Assembly: GCA_902634135.1 (NCBI GenBank)
Contig: CACPJB010000002.1
Location: 24 to 64,023 of the forward strand
DNA: 64,000 bases
Direction: 5' to 3'
Source: an uncultured Marinoscillum sp.
GTDB lineage: Bacteria; Bacteroidota; Bacteroidia; Cytophagales; MED-G16
Part shown: positions 28,651 to 39,231 of the stretch, one piece after another
Numbering within the stretch: the first letter of the stretch is position 1
How the letters are laid out: every line of letters begins with the position of its first letter
Made by a program: the position numbers and the translations under genes
The notes under the pieces: model-generated
Told to the model about the DNA's origin: nothing
The model's input: only the letters and a program-made list of their open reading frames with translations
Databases searched by the model: none

Positions 28651-29835
28651 TTAATCTACACTTAAAATGATTTTCACGTATTCTTTTGGCGCAATTATAC
28701 CATTTAAAACTTCAAATTCTAGATTTTTTAAATCTTCTCCTTTTGTTTTAACTGCTAATGTATGAGTTGAATTAGGATTTATAGAAATAATATCACTATT
28801 TGTCTCGAAGGTAAATGGGTTTAAATTTTTTAAAATAAATGGAGCATCAGAAATATTTTTTATTTCTATTTTTTTAATAGTTGATTTTCCATCTTCAGAG
28901 TAACCAAGTTCTAAATCATTAATGTTATTAATTAAAAGACATTTTTGGATTAAAGGCTTTAAGTTTTCTTCTTTACCTATTAAAAGCTCATTATAAAATA
29001 CGACAGTTCTGCCAGAAAAAAGAGCTTCTTTAATACTTTCTTTACTTTTATTTTTTGCAAAAACCATAGTGATTGGTCGATGACCAGGTGAGTTTGTATT
29101 TAACGCTTCATCATCATTTGGAACTTTAAATAACCAGTCAATTAATCCATGAATATCTGAGGTTCCCATTATAGTGAGATTATTTTTAAGTGCTATATCT
29201 AATGCCTCTTCAGAAAAATATAATTCATTTACAACTTCTATACCGTGTAATAAATTCTTATCAATTAGATATTTATGAAATTCATCTAATCGTGCAATTC
29301 CATCACTTCTCTGAGCGGGCCAAGCAGGATGATTCCAAAAAACAAATGCATTCTGTTTATTTGCCTCTTGAATACCTTTTAAAGAATCATTTGGATGTAA
29401 TAATTTGTTTGCATCATCAAGAAAAATGGCATTAATATGACCAGGAGGCATTGATCTAGTTATTTCTTGACCATTTATAATAATTAACTTTTTATCAATT
29501 GATTTATTTAACCTTTCAGTAAAATCATTTGCAACAATATAGGCCCTATTTCTATCTGGATTAGGAATATCTTTTGAAAATGGTTGATATTCAAGATGTT
29601 CTGTTAACGAAATTGCATCTAAACCATCTCTTACAGCCTCATCTACTCTTATAGTAGGCCAAACTAAACCATCAGAGAAAACTGTATGCTGATGAAAATC
29701 GGTTAGTAATGTTTTATAATTTTCGATATCAGGAAAAAATAGTTTTCTTTCATATTTATTTTGCTTTTGTCCGTATAATTGATTGTTAAAAAGTAAAAAA
29801 ACACATAGTAGAAAAGTTGGATTTATTTTTATCAT
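28651..29835 (-). CDS. Exported PHP-domain phosphoesterase (Sb-PDE-like)
   Basis: Signal peptide; DFHQHTVFSDG.VWP..RV.EA, TEHLEY, EITR.MPPGH.NA, FWNHP, GTSDIH. Confidence 0.85.
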   Translation of the reverse strand: MIKINPTFLLCVFLLFNNQLYGQKQNKYERKLFFPDIENYKTLLTDFHQHTVFSDGLVWPTIRVDEAVRDGLDAISLTEHLEYQPFSKDIPNPDRNRAYIVANDFTERLNKSIDKKLIIINGQEITRSMPPGHINAIFLDDANKLLHPNDSLKGIQEANKQNAFVFWNHPAWPAQRSDGIARLDEFHKYLIDKNLLHGIEVVNELYFSEEALDIALKNNLTIMGTSDIHGLIDWLFKVPNDDEALNTNSPGHRPITMVFAKNKSKESIKEALFSGRTVVFYNELLIGKEENLKPLIQKCLLINNINDLELGYSEDGKSTIKKIEIKNISDAPFILKNLNPFTFETNSDIISINPNSTHTLAVKTKGEDLKNLEFEVLNGIIAPKEYVKIILSVD

Positions 29836-29893
29836 TTTAAATATTGGTTAAGTTTTATTGTTATTAAAAATATAAGTATTATTTTATTAAAAA

Positions 29894-31066
29894 ATGAGAA
29901 CACAGTATTTTTTGATTTTTAGTTTTATGTTTTTTAGTTGTACTTCAACTAAGTACCTTGTTTCAAATACTGGGTTTCCAAAAGCTCCAGATTATAAATA
30001 CATGAAAAATTGGATTTCATCTCCAAAAAAAGAAATTCCATTACCATTAAATTATATGGACTCTTTAAAAGGTTTCAAATCAGAGGTTGATGTTTTTTAT
30101 ATTTATCCAACTGTATATTACGGTGGGTATAATGGTAATTTCTGGAACTCAAATCCTGAAAATTTTGATCATCAAAATAGAGTAGACGCTCTAGCTTTAA
30201 AAAATCAAGCAAGCGTATTTTCAGGTTTAACTAATGTATATACTCCTTTATATAGACAGCTGTTTTACGATGGTTTAGTTTATCATAATACTAATGAGTT
30301 ATTAACAGAGATAGCATTAGACCCTAAATTAAAGAGTAATTTCAATTATTATAAAGATCTTATTTACTCAAATAAATCTTTGGAATATTTTTCTTTTGAG
30401 AACAATAAACTTAAGTCATACGCAAAAGAGTCTTTTGATGTAGCTTATAATGATATTAAAAGAGCATTTTTAATTTACCTAGAACAAGAAAACAAAGGGA
30501 AAAAAATAATTATTGCTGCTCACAGTCAAGGGACTCTCCACGCAGCAAGACTAATTGATGAAGTTATTTTGCCAGATGCTAATTTAAAAAGCAATTTAAT
30601 ACTAGCCTATCTTATAGGGATGCCTGTATCTAGTGAATTTAAAGATTTTCCAGTTTGCGAAGATCCTTTGCAGCTAAATTGCTTTATGTCCTGGAACACT
30701 CATGGAAATAATTATTTTCCATATGATAATGAAGTCTATAAAGAAATTGTAGCTAATAACCCAATAACTTTTAAGTCCGACAGAAACATTAATAATATAA
30801 AAGATCATAAGGGAATTTTAATGCCAAGCTTTTTTCAGATGTTTAAATATCAAATTTTAAACCGACCTATAGGCCCATTAAAATTAAAAAATGAGAATAA
30901 AATTAAAGCTCAATCAGACAAAGGTTCTTTGCAATTAATAGAATTAAATATACCATGGATTAAAATATTTGAAAAAGAAAGTTTTCATGCTGGTGACTAT
31001 AATTTTTTCTGGCTTAATATAAGAGAGAATTTATTTTTCAGATTATCTAATTATTTTAATGAATAA
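29894..31066 (+). CDS. DUF3089 alpha/beta-hydrolase lipoprotein
   Basis: Lipobox FFSC; DVFYIYPT, QASVF, P.YRQ, AHSQG nucleophile elbow, H.GDY..FW.NIREN. Confidence 0.85.
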   Translation: MRTQYFLIFSFMFFSCTSTKYLVSNTGFPKAPDYKYMKNWISSPKKEIPLPLNYMDSLKGFKSEVDVFYIYPTVYYGGYNGNFWNSNPENFDHQNRVDALALKNQASVFSGLTNVYTPLYRQLFYDGLVYHNTNELLTEIALDPKLKSNFNYYKDLIYSNKSLEYFSFENNKLKSYAKESFDVAYNDIKRAFLIYLEQENKGKKIIIAAHSQGTLHAARLIDEVILPDANLKSNLILAYLIGMPVSSEFKDFPVCEDPLQLNCFMSWNTHGNNYFPYDNEVYKEIVANNPITFKSDRNINNIKDHKGILMPSFFQMFKYQILNRPIGPLKLKNENKIKAQSDKGSLQLIELNIPWIKIFEKESFHAGDYNFFWLNIRENLFFRLSNYFNE

Positions 31067-32027
31067 ATTACTATTCAATTCTTTTTTTTTATTTCTATTT
31101 ATTTCTTGTAATGTTGATTCACAAGAATGTTGTGATGATGAAATAATAGAGGAGGTTTTTCAAGATTTAGGATTTGATAAACCATATACTTATAATAATA
31201 TTTATTATGGTAGAAATAAATATATTGAATTTCATCCTGGTTCACTTCCACTAATTATAGCGGCTCCTCATGGAGGTGACTTAATACCTTCAGAAATTCC
31301 AGATAGAACATATGGTACTATGGTTACAGATAGCTATACAAAAGAATTAACATTAGCAATCAAAAATGCTTTTTTATCAAAGCTAGGCAAAACACCATAT
31401 GTGATAATTAATAACTTAAAGAGAACAAAATTTGATGCTAACAGAGATAGTATAGAGGGCGCACAAGGTAATAGATATGCAAGAAGAGCATGGGAAGAAT
31501 TTCACTATTACATTAATGAGTCCAAAATAATGGTTAAACAAGATTTTACCTATGGTTTGTTTTTAGATATACATGGTCATGGGGCAAACCCCGATGGATT
31601 TTATGATTTAAGAACATGGTTAGGGTATTTGTTAAATAAAGATGAATTACAATTATCAGATGTGGAATTAGATAATGAAAATTACCAAAATAAAAGTAGT
31701 ATTAAAACTCTTTCTATTATATCGCCTGAAAATTTTATTGATGTTTTGAGAGGTAATAATAGCCTTGGATCTTTACTTGATAGTCTTGGTTATAAATCTG
31801 TTCCTAGTGTTAATGATCCAAGCACAAATGGCACTCACTATTTTAGTGGCGGGTATAATACCAAGACTCATGGTTCAGCAATTAGTGGAAGTCCTATAAG
31901 TTCTATTCAACTTGAACTTCCAAAACCAGGGATAAGAGAAAACTCATTGCAAAGAAAAAATTACTCTGAGTCCTTAGTAATTACTCTTCAAAAATATTTT
32001 AAAATACACTATGGTATAGAATTATAG
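31059..32027 (+). CDS. N-formylglutamate amidohydrolase-like (Zn-exopeptidase fold) lipoprotein
   Basis: Lipobox ISC; APHGG, K.DANR, DIHGH, YFSGGY.T..HG, IQLE.P. Confidence 0.7.
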   Translation: MNKLLFNSFFLFLFISCNVDSQECCDDEIIEEVFQDLGFDKPYTYNNIYYGRNKYIEFHPGSLPLIIAAPHGGDLIPSEIPDRTYGTMVTDSYTKELTLAIKNAFLSKLGKTPYVIINNLKRTKFDANRDSIEGAQGNRYARRAWEEFHYYINESKIMVKQDFTYGLFLDIHGHGANPDGFYDLRTWLGYLLNKDELQLSDVELDNENYQNKSSIKTLSIISPENFIDVLRGNNSLGSLLDSLGYKSVPSVNDPSTNGTHYFSGGYNTKTHGSAISGSPISSIQLELPKPGIRENSLQRKNYSESLVITLQKYFKIHYGIEL

Positions 32028-32029
32028 AT

Positions 32030-32872
32030 CTAGTCTAACCTGTACCTTCCATCTGGCAGATTAGTTGGAAATTTAAATTCTGGGTCAGTTAATAAAGAGT
32101 AAACTAACTGGTCGCCATTCTTTACTTTTTCTTTTGTATTGAGCCTCCATTCATGTTGTATTTCTTCTAGTCGTCCAGGAAACTCTTGTGCCCCTAGTAT
32201 AGAAGTCAACGCCCAATAGGTATATTCAGTGATTTGACAGGAGTAGTTACATGTTTTATCATCATAAGTATACCAGGCACTAGATGGATATGAATTAGGA
32301 ACATTTTTAAAATACCCTCCTCTAGCTTCATCCATAGCTTTTGCTATTTCTGAATTTTTATTTTCACCAAATTTATTAGGGTACACTTCAGCATAGCCAT
32401 GTTGTGTAATGAGGTGCAGTATTTCTTCGAGAGAAGCATCAAATCTAGGATTCCCATTAATTATTGATACCTCTTCATCATATAATTCTAAAAAAGCTAA
32501 ATTTCCAATAGGGAACCTTATTGCAGCACTTGATTCTTCTTCATTCATAGCCATTAATAACCAAGCTTTTTTATCAATTAATCTATTTACTATTCTTTGA
32601 TTATCAGCAGTTCCATCTTCATCATTATCCAAATATTCAGCCAATATAGAGGCTGCGTGAAGTACTTTCTCATTGTCTACGTTTTCTGTAGCATAAATTT
32701 TAATGCCAAAGACGTCTGATGTTTTACAGAAATACTTAAAGTAATTCTTATCGGATTCGCTTACTCCAGTAATTTTAATAAATTCCGTGCCATATTCTAG
32801 ATCCAAGCAATTCTCATAATTATCTTGACATGATAATAAAATAAATAGGAGTATGAAAAAAATATTTTTCAT
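32030..32872 (-). CDS. Lipoprotein with a zincin-like EExxH motif
   Basis: Start set to MKNIFF (lipobox LLSC); FDASLEEILHLIT.HG, CQITEY.YW. Confidence 0.65.
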   Translation of the reverse strand: MKNIFFILLFILLSCQDNYENCLDLEYGTEFIKITGVSESDKNYFKYFCKTSDVFGIKIYATENVDNEKVLHAASILAEYLDNDEDGTADNQRIVNRLIDKKAWLLMAMNEEESSAAIRFPIGNLAFLELYDEEVSIINGNPRFDASLEEILHLITQHGYAEVYPNKFGENKNSEIAKAMDEARGGYFKNVPNSYPSSAWYTYDDKTCNYSCQITEYTYWALTSILGAQEFPGRLEEIQHEWRLNTKEKVKNGDQLVYSLLTDPEFKFPTNLPDGRYRLD

Positions 32873-32873
32873 G

Positions 32874-34070
32874 TTAATTAAATAATCTTTTTTTTTCTTT
32901 GTATTTAATTTGAGCGTTGTAGTATTGAGATGATGTGCCTTCACAATTTAGTCTTTCTAAATTAAATTCTTTTGGAATTTCATTATTAAAAATCAAAATA
33001 TTTTTAACCATTTCTCCTAAGCCAGGTCCAAGTTTGAATCCATGGCCAGAACTTCCTGATAAAACAAGAACATTATCATTTTTTTTATGATAATTCATTA
33101 TAAAATTACCATCCAAACTATTCTCATATTGACAAACTCTTGTTTCAGCAATTGGTAACCCTTTTAGGTTAGGGAATCTATGGTAAAGATATGTCTTTGT
33201 CCTTTTGACTAGTTCAGGAAGTGGAACCCTGTCTGAAGAATCAGGGTCAAATTTAGTTGATCTTTCATCATATGCTATTTTAAATCCTTTATTTAAATGG
33301 AATGGAATACCATAATATGAAGGATTATTAGCATTTAAATCAAGCCAACATGGAATTTTATTTAAATTATATTCCGCAGCTTTATTATTAGGAACTCCGA
33401 AATAATAAACCTCTTGTCTAGAAATGTAAGTCGTATTTTCTAACATTTCAGGAAGTAATTTCCTGTTCCATGGTCCACAAGCTATAACATATTTATCAGC
33501 CTCAATGTTTTTTCCATTATAGGTTATTGAATTTTTATTTTCTAAGTTTTTTTCATCAATTGCAACTTCACCTAAATAAACTTTACCACCGTTATCTTTG
33601 AATTTTCTAACAATATTTTTACAACACCTGCTAGCCATTAAAGCACCAGCTTTTTTTTCAAGGTGAACCTCATTTATATCATCAAAATTTATTAAAGGAT
33701 ATCTTTCCTTAGCATCTTTTTTTGAAATTTGCTCAATATTATGACCTACGCTTTCTATATGCTTTTTAGATTTAGTTATATAACTATTATCTTCTTGACT
33801 TACAAGCCATAACATTCCACATTCATCATAAAGTTTTCTTTCACTCTTATTTGATAGGTTTTCCCAAAATTTAAAAGAATTATTTGTTAGCTCTGTATAT
33901 ATTTTATCATCTCCATATGTCAATCTAATTATTCTTGAAGCTCCTCCTGAACCCGATCTAGAATTACCGGCTCCCCACATATCATAAAGTTCAACATCAC
34001 AGCCTTCCTTATTTAAAAAGTATGCTGAGCATGCTCCCCAAATTCCAGATCCTATAACCGCTATTTTCAT
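32874..34070 (-). CDS. FAD-dependent oxidoreductase, monomeric sarcosine oxidase / SolA-like
   Basis: IAVIGSGIWG, SGSGG.SRIIR..YG, GPW, CQYE...DG.FI, GSSGHGFK.GP. Confidence 0.85.
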   Translation of the reverse strand: MKIAVIGSGIWGACSAYFLNKEGCDVELYDMWGAGNSRSGSGGASRIIRLTYGDDKIYTELTNNSFKFWENLSNKSERKLYDECGMLWLVSQEDNSYITKSKKHIESVGHNIEQISKKDAKERYPLINFDDINEVHLEKKAGALMASRCCKNIVRKFKDNGGKVYLGEVAIDEKNLENKNSITYNGKNIEADKYVIACGPWNRKLLPEMLENTTYISRQEVYYFGVPNNKAAEYNLNKIPCWLDLNANNPSYYGIPFHLNKGFKIAYDERSTKFDPDSSDRVPLPELVKRTKTYLYHRFPNLKGLPIAETRVCQYENSLDGNFIMNYHKKNDNVLVLSGSSGHGFKLGPGLGEMVKNILIFNNEIPKEFNLERLNCEGTSSQYYNAQIKYKEKKRLFN

Positions 34071-34123
34071 TTTACGTTATTAATTTGATAGTTTGCATAA
34101 ATATAGATTTATTATTTTTAACT

Positions 34124-34801
34124 ATGAGAAAAACATTTATAAAACAGGGTTATTTAGGAATATTAGTTTTTGTTTCTTTATGTGTTGTTTCAATGATATA
34201 TTATCCTGGAGGAACTATAATTGATTCATCTACTGTTGGTTATCTATTTTTCTATAACTTTTTTAGCAATTTAGGTGAATGGACAGCAAAAAATGGAGAG
34301 TCAAATCTTTTTTCAGCATATTTATTTAATACATCAATGTTAGTTTTAGCATTATCTTATTCTTTGTTTTATTTCAATTTTTTAAAAGTTATTATCAATA
34401 AAAGCAAAAACATTTTACTAAAAAGTTTATTAATTACCAGTATATCAATCTCTCTATTGGGTTTTGTTTTTGTTGCTATATTTTCATCGGAAACAAGTAC
34501 ATTTTCTCTTCATATTCTTTTTGTTAAAATTGGTTTTTATTCACTTTTCATACATTGTATAATTCAGACTATATTTATTTATTCAATAAAATTGCCTAAT
34601 AATATTTTGTTTAAATCAACCTTCTCATTTACAACTATTATGTTTCTTTTTGTTCTCATGATGGAATTTGGCCCAAATCCATTTGAAAACAATCAATCAT
34701 TATTTATTCAAGTAACCTCTCAGAAAATTATTGTTACAAGTATTTTAATTTATTACTTTGTTCAGATTAGGGAGGGACTAATATTAGAGAGTTCTAATTA
34801 A
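34124..34801 (+). CDS. Hypothetical multi-pass membrane protein (DUF998-like)
   Basis: M..YPGG....GY.F..NFFS.LG motif and about 6 TM helices. ATG 34124 preferred. Confidence 0.6.
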   Translation: MRKTFIKQGYLGILVFVSLCVVSMIYYPGGTIIDSSTVGYLFFYNFFSNLGEWTAKNGESNLFSAYLFNTSMLVLALSYSLFYFNFLKVIINKSKNILLKSLLITSISISLLGFVFVAIFSSETSTFSLHILFVKIGFYSLFIHCIIQTIFIYSIKLPNNILFKSTFSFTTIMFLFVLMMEFGPNPFENNQSLFIQVTSQKIIVTSILIYYFVQIREGLILESSN

Positions 34802-35459
34802 ATATTTTTTTAATAAGTTTTTTTAATTCAATCTCAGAAAATTTGTTATTTATATAGCAAGAAGAATGGTATTCATTTATTAAGTTGTTATCTAAAAACC
34901 TATTAATATTAGAGGCTCTTAATTTAGATCCAGGCATTATTGATATTCTGTTTTTACCTTTTAAAGCAAGTTTATTAATTATATTAATACCTTCTATAGC
35001 ACTATTAGATTGTCCAGCTGTTAATATTCTATCAAATCCAAGATCAATAATTTTTTCCATTGATTCAAAAGGGTCTGTTGTTTGATCAAAGGCCATATGA
35101 AAAGTTAAAGACATACCATTAGCTTCTCTTATTAAATCTCTACATTTAATAATATCTATATTATTTTTTTTATCTAAAACTCCAAATACTATTCCTTTAC
35201 AGCCAACTTCTTTGCAAAAAGAAATTGAATCAACCATAATTTTAATTTCTTCATTATTGTATATAAAGTCTCCTCCTCTAGGTCTAATTATTGGATGAAT
35301 GGGTATGTTTTTTGATAAAGCATATTCAATATCCGTTTTAGTTGGAGTTATTCCACCTTCATCTTTATTTTTACATAGTTCAACTCTTGAAATATTATAT
35401 TGAATTGCTTTATTAAAGTCTTCTAATGTAAATGTGCAGACTTCTAGATTTGGGTTCAA
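34794..35459 (-). CDS. cutC: Copper homeostasis protein CutC
   Basis: LEVC, RVELC....GG.TP, IRPRGGDF.Y, TFH.AFD, RILT.G, IMPG. Confidence 0.92.
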   Translation of the reverse strand: MNPNLEVCTFTLEDFNKAIQYNISRVELCKNKDEGGITPTKTDIEYALSKNIPIHPIIRPRGGDFIYNNEEIKIMVDSISFCKEVGCKGIVFGVLDKKNNIDIIKCRDLIREANGMSLTFHMAFDQTTDPFESMEKIIDLGFDRILTAGQSNSAIEGINIINKLALKGKNRISIMPGSKLRASNINRFLDNNLINEYHSSCYINNKFSEIELKKLIKKIFN

Positions 35460-35461
35460 TT

Positions 35462-36817
35462 TTAATCTTTGTATTTTGTATAATATACTTTTAGAAAAAA
35501 CTTATCCTTATCAATAACTAAATTATCAAATGTATTCGGTGAATCTGGGAATGCTATTAATTCATTTGCTGTTAAATTGTTCATCGCTACTTCTTGAAAG
35601 AAAACAGTGGATTCACCTTTATATGAAAATGAAATAACACTATCAAAAGGGTGTTCTGCTGGGTCTGAGTCATCAGAATAATATGCATTATCTTTCATCA
35701 CGACATTTTCTTCTGGGTTTGAAATGATACCTACAGGATTTAATCTATTATTTTTTAAAATATAATATAATGCTTTAGAAGGGGGTAATAAATTATTGAC
35801 ATTATCAATGGGACCCGTAACTAATTCAACTTTATTTAATACTATATTTTTAGCTGTATCTAAGAAGCTATGAAAATTTTCTAAGTTAATAACTGGATAT
35901 ACTCCTGTTGCTGACTGCCAATAAATTTTATCTTGAAAATTAAACTTTTCATTTGAATCTATATTATCTAATAAAGCTAATTCAGATGATGATCTTTCGA
36001 TATCATAGTAACTATATTTTTTTGTAAGGGGAGAATTAAATCTAAAAACATATTGTAGAGAATCATCTGCTGGACTGTATGCGTTCCCTTCTTCTGGATT
36101 GTTGAAATATAAAATAAATTTAGAATCTTCATGATCTAAATCAAAGCTTACTAATTGTGAATTATTTTCGCCAGGAACAAATGCTAGACCTCTTGTTTGA
36201 TCTATTAACTCTACAATTCCAACATCATCTATAAGTCTATTTAATATTGATTTTCCATAAAAATCTTTAATTGGAACAGTTAGAAATGTATCTGTATTTA
36301 ATGTTTTAAACCTAGTAAAGCCAATCTGACCAATAGAAGGGCTTAGCTCTACATATCTAGATGAAATGTACAATGCAGAAGAGAATAACGTGTCTTCAAT
36401 CTGAGATATTGTTATCTCTTGTTCATCAAATGTAGGTTCGCCATACACTTTTGAAAATTTTAAATATAGAACAGCTGAATCTAATTGAGATGATTCATTT
36501 GGTAAATAATAATTTTCAGCAACTTGTCCAGGAATTGGTAGAACTTCATCTCCTTTTTGAAATGAAAATTGAGAATAAGCAATCGATTTTACATCACCAA
36601 AAACTGAATTTGAATATTTTCCAAAATAAACATCTCCCTCATCAGTTCTTACACTGTCAAAATAAATATTTGTTACATTTAAAGGAATTTCTAAATAATG
36701 AACTTTGATTTTATTCTTTTGATTTGAAAGAAGTTCATCAATACCAATCTCATTAGTTTCATCACATGAGATATTTAGAATAGATAATATTATTATTAAT
36801 CTAACTAAGAATTTCAT
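35462..36817 (-). CDS. DUF4270 family lipoprotein
   Basis: Lipobox ISC; DSVRT, G.Y....FG, DSAVLYL, LKVYYT C-terminus; adjacent to the glycogen-synthase-like gene. Confidence 0.75.
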   Translation of the reverse strand: MKFLVRLIIILSILNISCDETNEIGIDELLSNQKNKIKVHYLEIPLNVTNIYFDSVRTDEGDVYFGKYSNSVFGDVKSIAYSQFSFQKGDEVLPIPGQVAENYYLPNESSQLDSAVLYLKFSKVYGEPTFDEQEITISQIEDTLFSSALYISSRYVELSPSIGQIGFTRFKTLNTDTFLTVPIKDFYGKSILNRLIDDVGIVELIDQTRGLAFVPGENNSQLVSFDLDHEDSKFILYFNNPEEGNAYSPADDSLQYVFRFNSPLTKKYSYYDIERSSSELALLDNIDSNEKFNFQDKIYWQSATGVYPVINLENFHSFLDTAKNIVLNKVELVTGPIDNVNNLLPPSKALYYILKNNRLNPVGIISNPEENVVMKDNAYYSDDSDPAEHPFDSVISFSYKGESTVFFQEVAMNNLTANELIAFPDSPNTFDNLVIDKDKFFLKVYYTKYKD

Positions 36818-37619
36818 TATATAATTTATAATGCGATTCTACTGATTTCTCATCATTATTTATAGTATATATCTTCTTCTTAGGAGAAACAGTCGATAAT
36901 ACGCTTTCAACTTTTTTACTAAGATCATCCTTAGGGCGAATTACTGCATCAGAGTATTTTGATGCAATCCTAATCAGACCAGAATAATCTAAAGATTCTA
37001 GAGGTTCTGTCATACTTTTATCAATTTCTTCATCTTCAAGTATTTTATGAATCATTTTTTTATCTAGCTTATCTTTAAACTCATTATTATATATAGAATA
37101 TATACACTTAGTATTTTCAAATAAATGAGATTCAGAAAATGCCGATTTAATTAACATAGGAACTAATGAACTCATCCAATCATTACAATGAATAATATCT
37201 GGTGACCATCCTAATTTTATAACAGTCTCTAGTACACCTCGGCAGAAAAACAATATTCTTTCATCATTATCTTTATGAAATTTCCCGCTTTTATTATTAA
37301 AAACAGTTTTTCTTTTAAAATAATCTTCATTGTCAATAAAGTAAACCTGTAGCTTAGCAGTTGGTATTGATGCAACTTTTATGATTAAGGGTCTGTCATC
37401 ATCTCCAATCGAAATATTAAGCCCAGAAAGCCTAACAACTTCATGTAATCTATTTTTTCTTTCGTTAATAAGACCGAATCTAGGGACTAGAATTCTAATT
37501 TCAACACCTTTTTTTTGCATTTCTTGAGGTAACATTCTTACTATTTCTGAGACATAAGTGTCATTAAGAAATGGTTTTATTTCTGAAGCAACATAAAGAA
37601 CTCTAAAACTTTTTGCCAT
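36801..37619 (-). CDS. Glycogen/starch synthase N-terminal-domain protein (Glyco_transf_5)
   Basis: RVLYVASE..PF, RI.VPRFG.INER.NRLHEVVRLSG, DNDER..FF, PDIIHCNDW. Start 37619 preferred because TTG 37652 lies in a TAAATTTG promoter box. Confidence 0.85.
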   Translation of the reverse strand: MAKSFRVLYVASEIKPFLNDTYVSEIVRMLPQEMQKKGVEIRILVPRFGLINERKNRLHEVVRLSGLNISIGDDDRPLIIKVASIPTAKLQVYFIDNEDYFKRKTVFNNKSGKFHKDNDERILFFCRGVLETVIKLGWSPDIIHCNDWMSSLVPMLIKSAFSESHLFENTKCIYSIYNNEFKDKLDKKMIHKILEDEEIDKSMTEPLESLDYSGLIRIASKYSDAVIRPKDDLSKKVESVLSTVSPKKKIYTINNDEKSVESHYKLYNEILS

Positions 37620-37757
37620 TTTTACGGTGAATAAAAATTTAAAATGAAGCACAAATTTAAATAAAATAAGTCATTTATCAATTTTAAAATTTAATCATTA
37701 GAATAAGAGCAGATTCATAATTAATAAGAATTAAATTTGTAACTATAAAGTTGAGTT

Positions 37758-38726
37758 TTGAAAACAAGAAATATAATAATTAACACCCTTCTTTCTCTCG
37801 CATTAGGTCTTTTCCTTTTATATATTGTTTTTAATAATATTGACTTAAATCTATTTCTAGATAGGTTAGATAATTTAGATTATTCATGGATCTATTTATC
37901 GATGTTCATTTCAATTTTTGAACATATTGTCAGAGGCTACAGATGGAATTTGTTAATGCAAACAAAAAAAACTAACCTCTCAACTTATATTACTACTCAT
38001 ATATTGATTGTTTCTTATTTCTTTGCTTTATTCATACCTAGATTTAATGATTTTGTGAGATGTTATCTTATATCAAAAACTAATAAGGTTAAGATCTCTT
38101 CATCTTTAGGCACTGTGGTGTCTGAAAGAATTTTTGATTTAATATCATTGTTAATAATTTCTCTATTATTCTTTGTTATTGAATTTGATTTATTTGTTAA
38201 TTTTTTCTCAACCTATATTTTAACCAATATATCATTTGATTTATATTATCTTCTTTTAGTTTTTATTGTTCTTACTATAATTATTTCATTTTTATTCTAT
38301 TTGAATAAAAATTCAAATCTTTTCTCTTCAAAATTTTCTGAATTTAAATCAGGTGTATTTTCAATTACTAAAATTTATAAGAATAAAAAGTTTCTATTCT
38401 CTACTCTAATTTTATGGATAATTTATTTCTTAATGGGTTATGTAATTTTCTTTTCATTAGATGAGACAAGTAGTTTAGGAATAAATTCTGGTATTGCCGT
38501 ACTGGTGGCGGGATCATTAGGGATGATTGTACCTGTTAATGCTGGGATTGGTGCTTATCATTTTCTTGTAGCGTCAATATTATTAAGCTATAATTTAAAT
38601 TATGAAACAGGTTTATTTTTTGCCACTATCCTTCATACATCTCAAATTATTTGTTTGGCTGTACTCGGAATAATTAGTTCTTTAATTTTATTTTTTAAAA
38701 TAAGGTCAAATAATGAGTATAGTTAA
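37758..38726 (+). CDS. Lysylphosphatidylglycerol-synthase TM (flippase-like) family protein
   Basis: R.YRW..L, PR.....RC, GTVV.ERIFD, P..AGIGAYH; multiple TM helices. Confidence 0.85.
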   Translation: MKTRNIIINTLLSLALGLFLLYIVFNNIDLNLFLDRLDNLDYSWIYLSMFISIFEHIVRGYRWNLLMQTKKTNLSTYITTHILIVSYFFALFIPRFNDFVRCYLISKTNKVKISSSLGTVVSERIFDLISLLIISLLFFVIEFDLFVNFFSTYILTNISFDLYYLLLVFIVLTIIISFLFYLNKNSNLFSSKFSEFKSGVFSITKIYKNKKFLFSTLILWIIYFLMGYVIFFSLDETSSLGINSGIAVLVAGSLGMIVPVNAGIGAYHFLVASILLSYNLNYETGLFFATILHTSQIICLAVLGIISSLILFFKIRSNNEYS

Positions 38727-39180
38727 ATCAGAAATTGAGTTAGAAGAATTACTCTCTAGAATTAGTGATAAAAAGCTTAAAATAGTTTTTACTAATGGAT
38801 GCTTTGACATATTACATCCAGGTCATATCCACGTATTAGAGAAATCAAAATCGTTTGGAGATATACTAATAGTTGGTCTAAATAGTGACTCTTCAATTAA
38901 AAACTTAAAAGGGGCTTCAAGGCCAAAGGTAAAAGAAGGAGATAGAATGAAAATCATTTCTTCAATTAAGTATGTAGATCATGTTATTCTTTTTGAGGAA
39001 GACACCCCACTGACACTAATCAAAAAAATTAAACCACATATTCTTGTTAAAGGGGGCGACTATAGTTTAAATAATATTGTTGGTAGTGAATTTGTTAAAA
39101 AAAATGGAGGAGAAGTTAAAGTAGTAAAGTTATTACAAGGATATTCTTCTTCAAGTCTGATTGATAAATTTGAAAGTTAA
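38713..39180 (+). CDS. rfaE2: D-glycero-beta-D-manno-heptose 1-phosphate adenylyltransferase domain protein
   Basis: VFTNGCFDILHPGH, VGLNSD.S...LKG..RP, FEEDTP, LVKGGDY. Confidence 0.88.
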   Translation: MSIVKSEIELEELLSRISDKKLKIVFTNGCFDILHPGHIHVLEKSKSFGDILIVGLNSDSSIKNLKGASRPKVKEGDRMKIISSIKYVDHVILFEEDTPLTLIKKIKPHILVKGGDYSLNNIVGSEFVKKNGGEVKVVKLLQGYSSSSLIDKFES

Positions 39181-39231
39181 TTTATTTGATTTTGTCCTTT
39201 TTATTTTAGATTTGAAGTCCTTTAAATAAAT

